Part shown: piece by piece, positions 1 to 13,731 of the stretch
Position numbering within the stretch: the stretch's first letter is position 1
Layout: each line of letters begins with the position of its first letter
NCBI GenBank assembly: GCA_964016885.1
Contig: OZ024741.1
Coordinates: forward strand, 91,140,001-91,204,000
Reading direction: 5' to 3'
Length of the DNA stretch: 64,000 nucleotides
Source of the DNA: Eledone cirrhosa
Lineage: Eukaryota
Made by a program: the position numbers and the translations under genes
The notes under the pieces: model-generated
Databases searched by the model: none
What the model saw: only the letters and a program-made list of their open reading frames with translations
What the model was told of the DNA's origin: nothing

Positions 1-163
1 TAAGACAACCTCTCTAGTGCTGGTGGCATGAATAATGCACACAGTTCACGCTGTAAGGTGGTTGGTTGTAGGAAGATCATGCAGCCAGAAAAACCCTGCC
101 AAAATATGAACAGTATGACAAACATACTGGGCACAGTATAATGGCTTGCAGTAAAATTTATGA

Positions 164-1325
164 CATCATCATCATCATCATCATCATCACCGTTTTACGT
201 CCGTTCTTCCACGCTAGCATGGGTTAGACGGGTTGTCCTGTTGTGGGCAGTGTCTGGTCGGCTGACCATGCCTTGCTCATACAGGAACTGATTTGGCTTG
301 ATTTCTACAGCTGGATGCCCTTCCTAACACCAACCTCATTTACAGTGAGTGCTGGGTGCTTTTTCGTGGCACCTACACGTCCACTTTACAGTGTGGGCTG
401 GGTGCTTTTTTGCCGTGGCACCTCCACGACCACCTTGCAGTGGGGGGTGTGGGGGCATATTGTCTATATGCTTCAGCTTGTACCCATGGGAGGTCGGGTA
501 CTCTGTATTACTGCGTGACGCCAGAGGTCTCGGTCGTGTGTCATCGCCTTTGAGAGGTGTAATTGGGTAAGGTCGGCTTTTATCACCTCATCCCAGGTCA
601 TCTTGAGTCTCCCCTCTCCGTGGTTTCCATCGACTTCTAGTGCTCTGCACCTTTTTATGCAGCTGTCATCCTTCATACGCATCACATGTCCATACCAACG
701 CAACCGCCTCTCCTGCACACAGCATTTGATTCCTCTTATGCTCAGTCTCTCTCTCAATTCATTTATGCTTTGTTGTTCGCGTATATTACTATTACACATC
801 CATCGGAGCATGCAGGCTTTTGTTTCTCTCTAATCTACGTAAGTCTTCCACCTTCAGCGCCCAGGTCTCACTACCATGCAACATCGCTGTTCGGATACAC
901 GCATCATACAGTCTGCCTTTCATTTTGAGGGAGAAGCCTTTTGCAGCTAGCAGTGGTAGTAGTTCCCTAAACTTCTTCCATCCCGTTCTTACCCTAGTTA
1001 TTGTACTTTCTGAACACCCACCTCCGATGCTAATTCGGTCACCTAGGTAGCAGAATCTGTCTACTGTTTCTACAGAACCCTCCCAGAGATTGGTGGTACT
1101 TGTTTCCTGTGGCTGTTTGCTGCTTGCTGTCCCAGCACAGCTGCTGCATGTGAAGCCTACATTCTTAATTAAGCATCCTGAGATCCCGCTACATCTCTTG
1201 TGTACCCATTGTTTGCATTTGGGGCAGAGAATGGAGTTCCTACACCTTTCCTACATACTGAGCAAGGCCATTTCCCTGAGGGGATCTGGGTTCTGTTTTC
1301 TTGTCTACTTACAAGGACCTTAGTC
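164..1325 (-). mobile_element. RTE-clade LINE, 5'-truncated (same young subfamily as 43587-46859)
   Basis: RT C-terminus (RLRWYGHVMR...GR..TW), 3' UTR and (GAT)n tail, nearly identical to 43587-44757. Confidence 0.9.
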
Positions 1326-1329
1326 ATAT

Positions 1330-1717
1330 AAACTTTTATTTATTCGACAAATTTCAATTCATTTATATAATGTTTGCAATAACAAAAAGAAAAAGAGGGA
1401 AAAAAATGAAATAACGAAAGTACGGAAAAGGTTTAGGGGAAGGGAAGGGAGAAAGGCAATGTTTAAATAAAAGAAGAGAAGAAAAAAACTGCGTGGAAAC
1501 TTAAGAAGGAATACCAAACAGTACTAAAAAAAACAAAACAAACAAATCCTCGTTTAAAACAGTAAAGAAAATGTAAAGGAAGGGGTGAACAACCGAGCCA
1601 ACGCCAGAGTAAAAGACAGCAGTGAGGGGTACTTGGCGACCTCTCAAATGACTTTTGAGGCAAGCCAGCACACTCGCAGTGTTGCCTCGGGTGATGGCGA
1701 GGCTAATGCGCTGAAAA
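1330..1717 (-). mobile_element. CRE-like non-LTR element 3' end
   Basis: Minus strand reads FQRISLAITRGNTASVLACL, matching the FQRxSxAxxRGNA C-terminal motif of CRE-clade elements. A related 3' UTR segment occurs at ~60730-60830. Confidence 0.6.
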
Positions 1718-2779
1718 CTATAAACTATTTGTCAAATACCTTAACCATTCTGACATTGTACTTGGTCGTATGTGATGAGGGATTCTTGACAAATTACTAG
1801 TGAGTCAGGTTCAAATTGCTCTTGTCTTTCATTTGAATCCATTTCACTTAGGAAAGACAGTATTTCCTGCTAAGGTATGATTGTTTTTGTGCTTGAAATG
1901 AAAGACAGCTCACATCTATGTAGGTTTAGCTGGCCTCCTATGAGGTTGAATCTCATAGGTGGTTTTAATGATTGGGGCCCCAGTCATATCATGAAAAGTC
2001 ACATGAAATGAATTGTTTTGCTCAAGAATACAATGTGCTTCCTGGTCCAGGAAACAACCTCCCATCCCACCGACAATATGATTGAGTCCAATAACCTAAC
2101 CCCTAGGTCATATGTGTTCACATGTATATTGACAAAGAACACACTACTTATTCTGTTGTTTGGCTAGTGGTCATGGTAAGTTCCTATGCTAATGCTTTTG
2201 AGACAGAAATAAACATCTCATAACCTTTATTTTCCTATAAATTCCTGGTATTATGGCTAAGTTACAGACCACACACACATACAAAATCAATATTTTCAAC
2301 TGGCTAATATAATTGTTATTGTTGTTTCACCTTAGGTCAGCCCTGATAGGTAATGCAGTTACCTAAAAATTTTGGAATGTCTTTAATCAAAGAAAGTAAA
2401 GTGTACTGTTAAAATTAGAATATTTGAGATGTTGACCCAGATTTGTGCCTGCAACTTACATGCACTCTGCAGGTCCTTTTGCCACTGTGTAACGATTCAC
2501 AATAGAAAATATGTTAGATAATGAGTGGAGAGATAGTGTGCTGAAAAGGACCCATCCAACTCATGCAACTGGAAAACCTGACAAAAAAAACAAAACAAAA
2601 TACAGGCATGGAAGACTTACTATGAGAGGCTGCTGAATGAGAAAAATAAATGAGTCAGCAAGAGCCTACCCCATGCAGATCCAAATGAGAGACTAACCAT
2701 AAAAGTTGATAGCAGTTTGATTGTCATGGTTGAACTGTTATTGGCCATACATCTACTCAACCAGGACTGCCTTAGTGTT

Positions 2780-3426
2780 AACCTTTTCATTATGGACATG
2801 TGATGTGTTTGAAGGATGAAAGCTGCATAAAAAGGTGCACAGCGCTCAAAGTTGATTGGAGCCTTGGAGTGGGGAGACCCAGGAAGACTTGGGATAAGGT
2901 GATAAAAGCCGACCATGCCCAGTTGCATCTTTCAAAGGCGATGACAAGATCGAGATCTCTGGCATTATGAAGTGATACAGAAGACCAGACTCCTCACAGG
3001 CACAGGCTGAAACTGAAGCATATATACAGTATGCATCACACCTCCCCACTTTCCTATACATCTCCCACGAGGGCAGTACGAAGTATGCATCTAGTGAAGT
3101 CCCCAGCCCACACTGTAAAGTGTTCATGATGGTGACACAGCAAAAAGCACCCAGCCTGCACTGTAAAATGATCGTGTTGGTGACATGACAAAAGCACCCA
3201 GCACACACAGTAACGTGGTTGGGCTGGTGACATGACAAAAGCACCCAGTACTCACTGTAAATGAGGTTAATGTTAGGAAGAGCATCCAGCTGTAGAAACC
3301 AAGCCAGAATCAGTTCTGTATGTGCAAGACATGGTCACCTGACCTAGCATTGCCCACAATAGGACAACCCGTCTAAATCATGCTAGTGTAGAAAAATTGA
3401 CATAAAACGGTAATGATGAGGATGAT
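2780..3426 (+). mobile_element. Diverged RTE 3' fragment
   Basis: Degenerate WYGHVMR/DDSCIKRC region, 3' UTR with repeated aaaagcacccagc-cacactgtaa units, and a GAT tail. Confidence 0.75.
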
Positions 3427-4773
3427 TGCCATATTTCTAATGAATGTCAGAGTATTAGTGATGATGAATGCAGAAAATAGGGGAAAAGGGAGAAGCTTAT
3501 CATAGAACCTGCATGGCTAACCCTTAAAATACTTGTATTTGATGTTGTTTGTGTTGGTTATAAGTTGAAATCCTACTAGTTAAGTTGAAGTGTGATCTAA
3601 GCCAAATGCTCATCAGACCAGTGCTTATCCCTGGTCTCCTTGGCATTAAGCGACTGAGAGTACAAGATTCTCCCTGGAAAGAATGCCGGTCTATTGTAGG
3701 ATTAACTCCCCAGCTACTGTTGGTACTCACTCTCAGCTGAGTGTACTGGAGCAGTGTGAAATGTGTTTTGCTCAAGAACACAACACAGCAGCTTGTCCAG
3801 GAATCGAACTGACAACATTAGGGTTGTCTAATATTATAATTTTAAGTCACATGGCCTAACCATTAGGCTATGTGACTTCACACAAGGGCTGGCTTTATTT
3901 CTATTCCTCTAGTATTGTAAATGTAATATAAAAAATCCTAAAACAGTAAGGAATTATGGAACTACTGTTGGTTTTGAGGATGAGTGTTCTAGTTGTTTGA
4001 TCATTGGAGCAGTCTTCTCATGAAATTAATATGTAAATGATTGAACATTCCACAGACATATGTATCCTTAATGTAATGTCCAAGGAAAAACAGTACGACA
4101 CTGTGTAACACAGCTGGCCCTTTTAATTACAGGTACGCTCCATCTGGCAGACTTCCAAATAGTTTCCATTCACTCACAAGTCCACAAGTGGATTGCAAAT
4201 TACTCTTGCCTAAGACGCCACACAGTGGGATGGAACCTGGGAATTAATGATTGCCATGCTACTTCCACTTGGGGATTATAAGGGTCACTGCTTAGCTTTG
4301 GTTTTAAAGAGTTAAGTGGATATGCTGATTAAGTAAAACAGTAAATCAAAAACCTTGTGGTATTTATTTATCCTGTAAGGTGTTTGTCACTAAGAAGGGC
4401 ATCCAGCTGTAGAAAACCAAGTCAAAAATGGAATGTATGAGCAAATCGTGGTCACCTGACATGTCTGGTTGTATGTGAGCATGGAAAATAGATGTTAAAA
4501 CTGTGATGATGATGATTCAAATCTATACTCACTCCCCAAATGTCTGACCATGTGCCTATGGTAGAAATCATTATATATCTATTATATTAATATTGGTGTT
4601 TCTGTGGTATATTTTTGAGTTCAAAGTAAACCTTATTTAAAGTTGTTTATAATTGCTAACTTGTCCTGCTTCTGTTGCATGCAAACCATTTTCTTGATTG
4701 AAATTCAGAAACTTTCTACATGTTCAGTTAGAAAGTAGTCACAAACTGAACTATACATATTTTCTTTTACAAG

Positions 4774-4923
4774 TTGGCAGATATAATGTCTGCTGATTCC
4801 ATGGTTTTGTTTGAAAAGATGCAAGAAAGTCCAAATGAACAAATTCGGATCAATTCTATTCGAGTTTTATCATCGATTTGTTCTACTTTACTGCTACACC
4901 CATCAACCTACTGTGAACTGAAG
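4774..4923 (+). CDS. HEATR3: HEAT repeat-containing protein 3 (Syo1 orthologue), antepenultimate coding exon
   Basis: Pyrimidine tract and AG end at 4773, GT at 4924. 150 nt, phase 0/0, encodes LADIMSADSMVLFEKMQESPNEQIRINSIRVLSSICSTLLLHPSTYCELK. Splices in frame to the next two exons. Upstream exons are not seen in the window. Confidence 0.75.
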
Positions 4924-6356
4924 GTAATTTCATTTACTTATCAATTACTATTTTACTTTTGTTGCTCTCACTTGGTATTAGGAAGGGCATCCAGCTGTAG
5001 AAACCCAGCCAAAAATAGAGTATATAAGTAAGACATGATCACCTGATGTGTCTAGTTTCAGTACCTAACAACTTGTCTAACTCATGCAAGCATGGGGAAA
5101 TAGATATTATACAGTGATGATACTTTTAGTTTAAAGGTTAACAATTGTTGTTATCATTATCACTATCATTTCTATTTGAATAGGTTTGATAGGTTTAATG
5201 TTTAACTTGGTTCTCATTACATATCATTTTAGATATTGACTTCCAAGAGTACAATTATATAATTTTGTTATAATCCTGGTAGTAACATATATTACCCGTT
5301 CAGGCTTTCCTTTATTTATAATTACAGCCATCTAGAGTCTGTGGTTCTATATTTTCTACCAAAAATATAAAGAAATTAAATGAGCTGTATTATTTCCCTC
5401 AGCTACGCAAAGAATAAAAATTCAAACAAATCATCAGGATTCTTGTTGGTGAACAATTCTTTCATTCTCAAGTTTACAGAATTAGGTTTGACACTTTCTT
5501 TTGTAAAGCTGACAAAAATCTGATGTTTCTTTTTGTACTGACACAGAGCATTCCGGTTAAGTTCTCTGATACATAGTTTGTTTATATTTATCTAGAATCC
5601 TTCCATGTTAATTCTATGTAAGAACCCTAGTTATGTCCCAAATACCAGCTTGATGCGAAAGTTAGTTGTATTACTAAATCCTTCTAAATTCTTGACTATT
5701 TCCAATAATAAAACGATAACGAAAGAGTTAATAACATGACTCATGTTAACAATTTATCTGCTGTATTCTAGGAATTACTCAATATAAAAGTTTTAATTAC
5801 CCTTAATTAAAGTTAAATAGTTACCACCTCTTATTCAAATTGCCTTAGGTATTTTTGTCTTTTACAAACATAAAATACTGCTAATTATTAATGCTTAAAG
5901 TATATAATATTAAGAAATATGAGCTTTAGATCATATTTTTCTGTCTGATTATAGATAGCAAAAATTTTGATAGCAATTTCCAAGAATATATTATTTTACT
6001 GTGAGAAAGGAAACATGCCTAACATTTTGAGCAGGACTCTTTGCCAGAGAGAGATAAATATTTTGTCTCACTCTTTGATGAATGATTCTATTTGATATGT
6101 TAAATTTTTCCTTTTTCTCCTGGCAAAATAATATATTTCACTTTGAATTTTTTTGCCAACACAAACCATCATTACGTTTTGTTTGTCATTACAAACCATC
6201 ACTTCTTTTTGTCATTACAAACCATTATTACTGTCACACTAACTATCACTAGTTTCCTTGGATTCTGTTGTTTTGCTCCCACTATTTGGCAGTTTGATAA
6301 TGGGTAAGATGTAAATATTTGATATGCTGGTGTTTTATTTTTGTTTTATTTTACAG

Positions 6357-6530
6357 CCAATTGCTATAGCTTTGATGAAGATAGCATGTCAAGATAAGAG
6401 TTTACATGTTGTTGCTGAAGCTCTTGATGCTATATTTGATATTTTTGCTCAAGATGATGTTGATCCAATTCTGCGAGAAATTAATCTCATAGATAATCTA
6501 AAACCTATTTTATCAACCCTAAAAGGCAAT
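6357..6530 (+). CDS. HEATR3: HEATR3 penultimate coding exon
   Basis: ttttacAG acceptor and GTAAGT donor. Encodes PIAIALMKIACQDKSLHVVAEALDAIFDIFAQDD...; VVAEALDAIFDIFA matches the conserved HEATR3 C-terminal motif (EALDALFDVFAD). Confidence 0.85.
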
Positions 6531-8207
6531 GTAAGTTGCAACTTTTCATTTGATGTAAAACATATTTATACTTACTTTGTTGGTTCAAATGATGAATGTT
6601 GTTAGATCAATGTAACTGCCTGCTCATGAAATTAACATACAAATGGCTGAGCATTTCACAGACATGTGCACCCTTTATGTAATTCTCAGGGATATTCAAC
6701 TTGGCACTGCATGTAACAAGGTTGGCTCTTTAAATTACAGGTCAGGTTTAATTCATATCTTGTTAATTGAGTGGACTGCAGCAATAAAGTGTCTTGCTGA
6801 AGGACACAACACACCACTCTAGTTTCTGAAGCTTCAAAACAAACTAGTTGTTATCTGGGACTTTAACCCTTTTGATACCAACCTGTCTAAGATGACTAAG
6901 TTATGTTCCTAACAGCTTAATAATAATGAATAAGTTATTTTATTAAACCCTTTCAAATTCTTGAATATTTTCAAAGATGATTGAAACAAATAAGCAATGT
7001 ATTTTGTTAGAAATATGGTGATGAAGGGTTGTTTCACTATCTGCTACCTGTAATTCTGAAGTTGTCTTTCTTTGCTAGAATTAACATAAGCATCTTGCAA
7101 TGGGTGATGACTAAAAAATAGTTTCAAATAATTTGGTTGTTTTTTGTCTGTTACATCTATAAGTGGCTTGGTGAGTATATAAAGCTTTAGAGAAAAAAGC
7201 AAATATGATATGACTGTTTATATAAATTCTGAAAACTTATTATCATAATGCTTTCACATACTATTGCTTGAAAATACAGTTGTTCCTACATTTTACACTG
7301 TACACCATAAATAAAATTCAAGTATTTTTGCTCTAAAGTGATTTTGGTGTCAACTCTTAACACCTTGTGGTAGTTTTGCAGAAAATATCTAAAAACAAGT
7401 TTGTTAATTCAAATGTTTATAATATCTTTACTAGTGGGCAGATCATTGAGAAAATTTGAAATATTAGAGTAAAGACTAATTTTTATATGATGTGGTCATA
7501 GTGTTGTGTTGCACTTTTCAAGAATGTCTTGTTAATATCATTTCATTTGTTACAATGCATTAAGAGTTAACTGTCAAATGACCCAGCCCACCTAGCTGTA
7601 AATAGCTATTATATAGTTTTGCTTATAAAACCATTGTATAATTAATGCTTTAATAGTTTGTAACATTGTTTAAATTCTCCCAGGTATTGTATAGACACTA
7701 TTTTTACAGAGTTTCCCAAAGACCCAATGGATTAGGAGGCACATACAAATTCAGTATTAATCTCGCTTATTTTTAATACACATCTTCAGTGATTATCTGT
7801 TATTCTAACTCATTTGTGAAGGTGTATGAATTAGTGATTAAGGTATTCATTTCATGATCATATAGTGATGAATTTGATTCTTGGTGGAGTGTTGTGTTCT
7901 TGAATAATACACTTTATTTCACATTGCTCTAGTTCACTCAACTAGCAAAATGAGTTGTATATGTATTTTAAAGGGCCTTACCACATACTGCGTTATTATA
8001 ATAAGAAACTTACATATTATCTGTGAGAACTACGTTAAGGTTGTGCATATCTGTGGAATATGAATTTCATGAGCAAGCTGTTCCTTTGTTTGAACAAGAA
8101 CATTCATCGATAGAGGTCTGTTGTTAACATTAACTTATCCTTAAAATTTTTGTCAGATAATCAGTCTTTGTAATTAGATTTTTAACAAATCATTTTGTCT
8201 CTTTTAG

Positions 8208-8351
8208 GCTACTGGTTCACGTTCACAGAAACCAAAGTTCAAAGACCCTGCGATAAGCACTGCCAGACTAAACCTGATTCGCTTTATTAAATACAAGTCA
8301 ACAGTCAGTGCTTCTACTTCTCAACAGAATACTGTGTCTTGTAACAAATAA
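8208..8351 (+). CDS. HEATR3: HEATR3 last coding exon
   Basis: ctcttttAG acceptor. Encodes ATGSRSQKPKFKDPAISTARLNLIRFIKYKSTVSASTSQQNTVSCNK*; NLxRFIxY is the HEATR3 C-terminal motif. TAA at 8349-8351 overlaps an AATAAA. Confidence 0.85.
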   Translation, partial: ATGSRSQKPKFKDPAISTARLNLIRFIKYKSTVSASTSQQNTVSCNK

Positions 8352-8391
8352 ATCTTTTTTATGTATTTGTTGTTTTCTATTGTTATTCATT

Positions 8392-10945
8392 CATCATCAT
8401 CATCATTTTACGTCCGTAGGGTGGGATAGGTCTTATTCAGTACAGCATCTCTCCATTTGTCATGGTCCTTCGTCATCTCCTCCGTGAGTTTCAGCGATCT
8501 GAGGTCTGCTCTCATCACCTCCGCCCATGTTTTTCGTGGTCTTCCTCTACTGCGTCTTCCTTCTACTGGGATTTCTTGGCACTTCTTTACCCAGAGGTCA
8601 TCCTCCATGTTCATCACATGTCCATACCATCTCAGTCCTCTCTCCTGCACACCACAACTTATCCCTCTTATACCCAGTTTCTTTCTCAACTCATCTATGC
8701 TTGGTTGTTCACGCACATTGACATTGCACATCCAACGGAGCATGCTTGCTTCATTTCTCTCCAACCGTCGCATATACTCTGCAGTTGCTGCCTATGTCTC
8801 ACTATCATGCAGCATCGCGCATCTCACACAGGCATCATATAACCGTCCTTTTGTACTCAGGGAGAAACCCTTTTTGTCAACAGAGGAAGCAGCTCCCTAA
8901 ACTTCTTCCAACCCATCCTTATTCTAGATACTATGGCCTCGGATACTATTTACCAACACTTTTGTCTTAGCAATGTTCACTCTCAGTCCTCTTGATTCCA
9001 ACTGCTGTTTCCATAGCCAGAATTTATTCTCTAGCTCCTCTACTGATTCTGTTATAAGAACCAGATCATCAGCATAGAGAAGTTCCCATGGGCATCCAGT
9101 CTTAAACTCCTCTATTATGGCTTGGTGGACTATAATGAACAAGAGCGGGCTGAGGACCGAACCCTGATGTACACCTACTTATATCTGGAATTCCTCACTA
9201 AACTTCATTCCTACTCTCACTTTGCTGACAACACCCTGTACATAGCTTGCACTGTCCTCACAAGCCATTCCTCTACACCTAGTTTCCTTAGGGACCACCA
9301 TATGACAGATCAGGGTACGCTATGAAAGGCCTTCTCTAGGTCAACAAAAGCTAAGTTGTCTCACTAAGAAGAGGGCATCTGTTGTACTTTTCCGAGGCAC
9401 AAAACATAACTGCATCTTATCTAATTTGACCCTTTCTCTAATCAGTTGCGCTAATATTCTCTCTGCCACTTTCATAACCTGATCCATCAGCTTTATGCCC
9501 CTATAATTGCTCCTCTCCAGAGCATCCCCTTTAACTTTGTAGCAATTTATGAGAATACTGGTGCACCAGTCTTTGGGTATGACACCACCATATATAGCTT
9601 GATTGATGATGCGTGCAACCAGTTTAATGCCTACTTCTGATGCCTTCAGCATCTCAGCCACTATCCCTAACGGTCCAGCAGCCTTACCATTCTTCATTTC
9701 CTTAATTGCCTCTTGTATCCTATATTTGTCAATCTCAATAACTGGTCCCTCTGTCGTGTCTACTGGGGGTAATTTCTCTTTCTCCCATTCGTTCTCCACA
9801 TTCATCAGTCTCTCATAATGAGAGACTGATGAATGTGGTCTCCTTTTTTTGATCATTCGGCATTATTCCGGACACACTTATCTCCAACAACATCCTGATT
9901 TGCACTGACACACTGCCTTGCAATGCGGATCACCGCACGTCTCTGATCTTCCCATCGCAGAACATTGGCAAACCTCCTACTCTCAGCCTCCCTGCGTGCT
10001 AAGTACACCTGACGTCTAGCTTCTCTCTTAGCGGCTGTGTATCCTTCTCTACTCCCACCATTTTTCCAAGCCTTCCATGCCAGTCTTTTGTCTCTGATGG
10101 CCCTATCTACCGTGCTGTTCCACCACCAGGTCACTCTCTGTCTGGTTGAAGTTCTGCCCCAGCCACAAGTTTCTTCAGTAGCCTGCAGTAAGTTGTCACG
10201 CAAGAAATTCCAGTTATCATCTATGTCATACGATTCTAAATCATCTTCTTTTTCGTAGTATACATCTTGAAGGGCTTTGCTAAATTTATATTTTAGTGAA
10301 AGGTCTTTTAGCTTCCATACCTTTCTTGTCCACACTTTCCTGTATGTCTCATTCTTTCTCTTGCTTACTGAGATGTCACTAACGACTAACCTATGCTGTG
10401 GGGTACATTCTTCCCCGGGGTATGCCTTAGTATTTGATACCATCTGTCTGTCTCGCTGTCTAACTAGCAGGAAGTCAATCTGGCTTATGTGCTCGCCTGA
10501 TTTGTAGGTTATTAGGTGGTTGGTAGGTTTCTGGAAGTTAGTGTTGCAAATGGTTAGTGCACTTGCATCACAAAATTCAAGAAGCCTCACTCCTTCATTT
10601 CTTGAGCCGTAACCGTGCACACCATGTACCCCAGTATATCCATCCTGGAGCTGTCCATCATGACCATTGAAGTCCCCTGCTAACATAACGATGTCTCCGT
10701 CCTCTGTCATTGAGGTTGTTTTTAAAAGTTGCTCGTAAAAGCAGCCTTTCTCTTCTTTACCTAGGCCTGCCTGGGGAGCATAGGCAGAGATGATTGTCAG
10801 TAGTCTCTTGCTTACAACTAATCTAAGCTTAATTAGTCTATTACTAACTCTAACTACCCCTATTGTCTTATCGACCCATCTCTCAGCCAGTAATATGCCT
10901 ACGCCACCTAACCCATCATCATTACCCACCCAGAAAAGCTTATAA
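8392..10945 (-). mobile_element. RTE LINE (APE endonuclease + RT), internally deleted, antisense just 3' of the HEATR3 stop
   Basis: ORF 9853..10992 has APE motifs (SAYAPQ, GDFNGH, IDF, HRLV); RT fragments NYRGIKL and LLYADDL; (GAT)n tail at 8392-8406. Confidence 0.9.
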
Positions 10946-11002
10946 CTAAGATGTTTCTTATAATAAGAAAAATGATGTAGGTATGTAAACATGCTATTTC
11001 TC

Positions 11003-11590
11003 TGTAGAAACAGTAGACATCTGCTACTTAGGTGACCGAATTAGCAACTGTGGTGGGTGTTCTGAAAGTACAGTAGCCAGAGTAAGAACGGGATGGAGGA
11101 AGTTCAGGGAGTTACTACCACTGCTGGCTACAAAAGGCTTCTCCCTCAGAATGAAAGGCAGACTGTATGATATGTGCACACGAACAGCAATGTTGCATGG
11201 TAGTGAGACCTGGGCGCTGTGTGCAGAAGACTTGTGTAGATTGGAAAGAAATAAAGCTTGCATGCTCTGATGGATGTGTAATAGTAATATACGAGCGCGG
11301 TGAAGCATAAACGAACTGAGAAAGGAACTAAGCATAAGAGGAATCGAATGCTATGTGCAAGAGGAGATTGCATTGGTATGGACATGTGATGCGTATGAAG
11401 GATGACAGCTGCATAAAAAAGTGCAGAGCGCTCAAGGTTGATGGAAACCTTGGAGTGGGGAGATCCAGGAAGACTTGGGATGAGGTGATAAAAGCCGACC
11501 TTGCCCAATTGCATCTCAAAGGCGATGACACAGGACTGAGATCTCTGACAATACACAGTAATACAGAAGACCCGACTTACCTCGAGCACA
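11003..11590 (+). mobile_element. RTE LINE 3' coding fragment
   Basis: CYLG...GWRKFRELLPLL...LHWYGHVMRMKDDSCIKKC, with stops and frameshifts. Confidence 0.85.
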
Positions 11591-12631
11591 AGCCGATGCA
11601 TATATACTGTATGTCCCAACCCACCCTCCCATACACCCCCATGAGGATACAACCCAGGACAAATACTGCTGAGCTTTTTATCTGATGCTCTAACAATATG
11701 TTTTCTTTGTCTCGAGGGCAACAGATTGGTGGCATTACAAGGACATATTAGAAAATGGTGGATGTTTTCATTGAGTATGATAGGAAATAACAAATGGACA
11801 AAAATAAACACATTTGTTTAAAATTTAGACACACGGCCAGTAGTTTGGGGATGAGATGAAAGTTGATTATATTGAACCCACTACTTAACTGGTACCTTAT
11901 TTTATCAACCCCAGAATGATGAAAAGCAAGATTGACCACAGCAGGATTTGCACTCAGAAGCTAAAGAACTATTGCTAAATGACAAAGCATTTTTTCCAAT
12001 GCTCTAATGATTCTGCCACTCTACTGTGAAATAAATGTCTGAAGAGAGGGTCAGTCACAGAAACACATATTCTGGGCTATTCTAATTACCAAGAGCAGAT
12101 GCCCTATTTCAGTAGAGTTCACAATTTTATGGCTTATGAAACTCACAAGAACATCTATCTCTAGAGATTATTCCTGAAACTTTCTTTAACAGCTTCAACA
12201 TAGCTAGAACTGTATTAATTAGTTGAATTCTATTTCAATCTCAAAAATATACAGAAGGAATAATTTCTCTGGCTGTTGTCCTAATTGCTGGTTTTTAATA
12301 CAGGTGTCAAATGTGTTGTATGTCTGTTAGTCTAAGATTCAACTGTCACAAACTTTCATTTTACATAATGTACCAACAACTTTATTCCCTAGATTACAAG
12401 AACAAAGATCAAATTGTTCAAAATAGCACAGGACACTAACAATTCAAACAATGTGCTTAACAATTCATCTAAATCAATTTATGTATAAAAAGATGGTTTA
12501 GCACTATGAAGGCATAAACCTAAGAAGTTTGCTCTCGTATTTGGAATGACACAGCATATTCAAAATATTTAACTTATTCTGATTAACTAAAAATTAGCTT
12601 CCTTTAGTAGGACAAGGAGCAGTTTATTTAA

Positions 12632-12852
12632 CCCCTTAGCATTTATATTACTCTAGATTTACTATTGTAATTTCACAGAAAAGTCTTTATCTCACATAAA
12701 TATCTTACATAATATTGAATCTACAAAATTTTGATATTATTTATTTTGAAAACAATACCTTAATGTCAGTATGAGTGGCCAGTTACAACCGGTTTGAACA
12801 GAAACAAGTGAGAGAATTCTGGAGAGATATGGCCGGTTTAAATGCTAAAGGG
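12632..12852 (+). mobile_element. piggyBac-type MITE
   Basis: TTAA|CCCCTTAGCATTTA...TAAATGCTAAAGGG|TTAA. Confidence 0.8.
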
Positions 12853-13731
12853 TTAATGAACAATCTTTTAGAGGATCTCAGTCATGATAGAAAACTATTA
12901 GTATGGCAGAAGAAAGGAAAATGGATGAACAATAAATGCAGTATCGCACTGTTACACCTGACTAGTAGTGCAACAATTGAATCTATTTAATTGATCTAGT
13001 TTTGTGTTGCATCAATGTTTTCTGTTTCTCTATTGAATAAAGCGGAAACCATGATTACCAGATTTTGACTGTTTTGTTGCAAATTATCAGTTTAGTGATC
13101 ACCATAGGGGGGATTTGCTTGGCAACTCCTTCAAACATGATTATTCATCCATTAGGGGCAACTCTTTCATTGATCTATATTTTGTCAAAATTTCATGACT
13201 CTAAAATTCTGTTGCAGTCTGATATTTTTTCTCATTCGTGAACGTTTATTTATTAAACCTAATTATCGCTGAACACGTATCTTTCCTGACAGCAACAAGA
13301 TTATCAGAATAAACGTGGAAATAAATCAAATGTTGTTGTACAAACTGTCACAAGAACAATTATCAGATATATATAACTATGAGAAACCTATAGATAAATT
13401 ACAGAAGATCATGCGAGCTGCCTTTTGTATATTATGATTATTAGCTTTCTACTTTTGCACTGTATTTTTATTATTTCACTATTACACCTTAACACCAAAC
13501 TGTTGTTATAACAATTATGTTGTGCTTAGTAACAAGTAATTTATACAATCAATGGATAATAACTGATGTGACTCCTTACGTATATATATATATGTATTGA
13601 GTTAGAAACTCAAAATACAGTAAATTAGCTCTAGGAAAAAGGTTTTTCCGAGCCGTGTATAACTGAACAAAAAGGAAAAACGAACATATATATATATATA
13701 TATATATACACACAGACGTATATACATATAT

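Noticed and set aside
8924-8970. RTE copy apparently lacking the PHD insert, as a natural PHD-less variant
   Set aside because: The gap also removes the essential YLG motif and shifts frame, so it is a post-insertion deletion.
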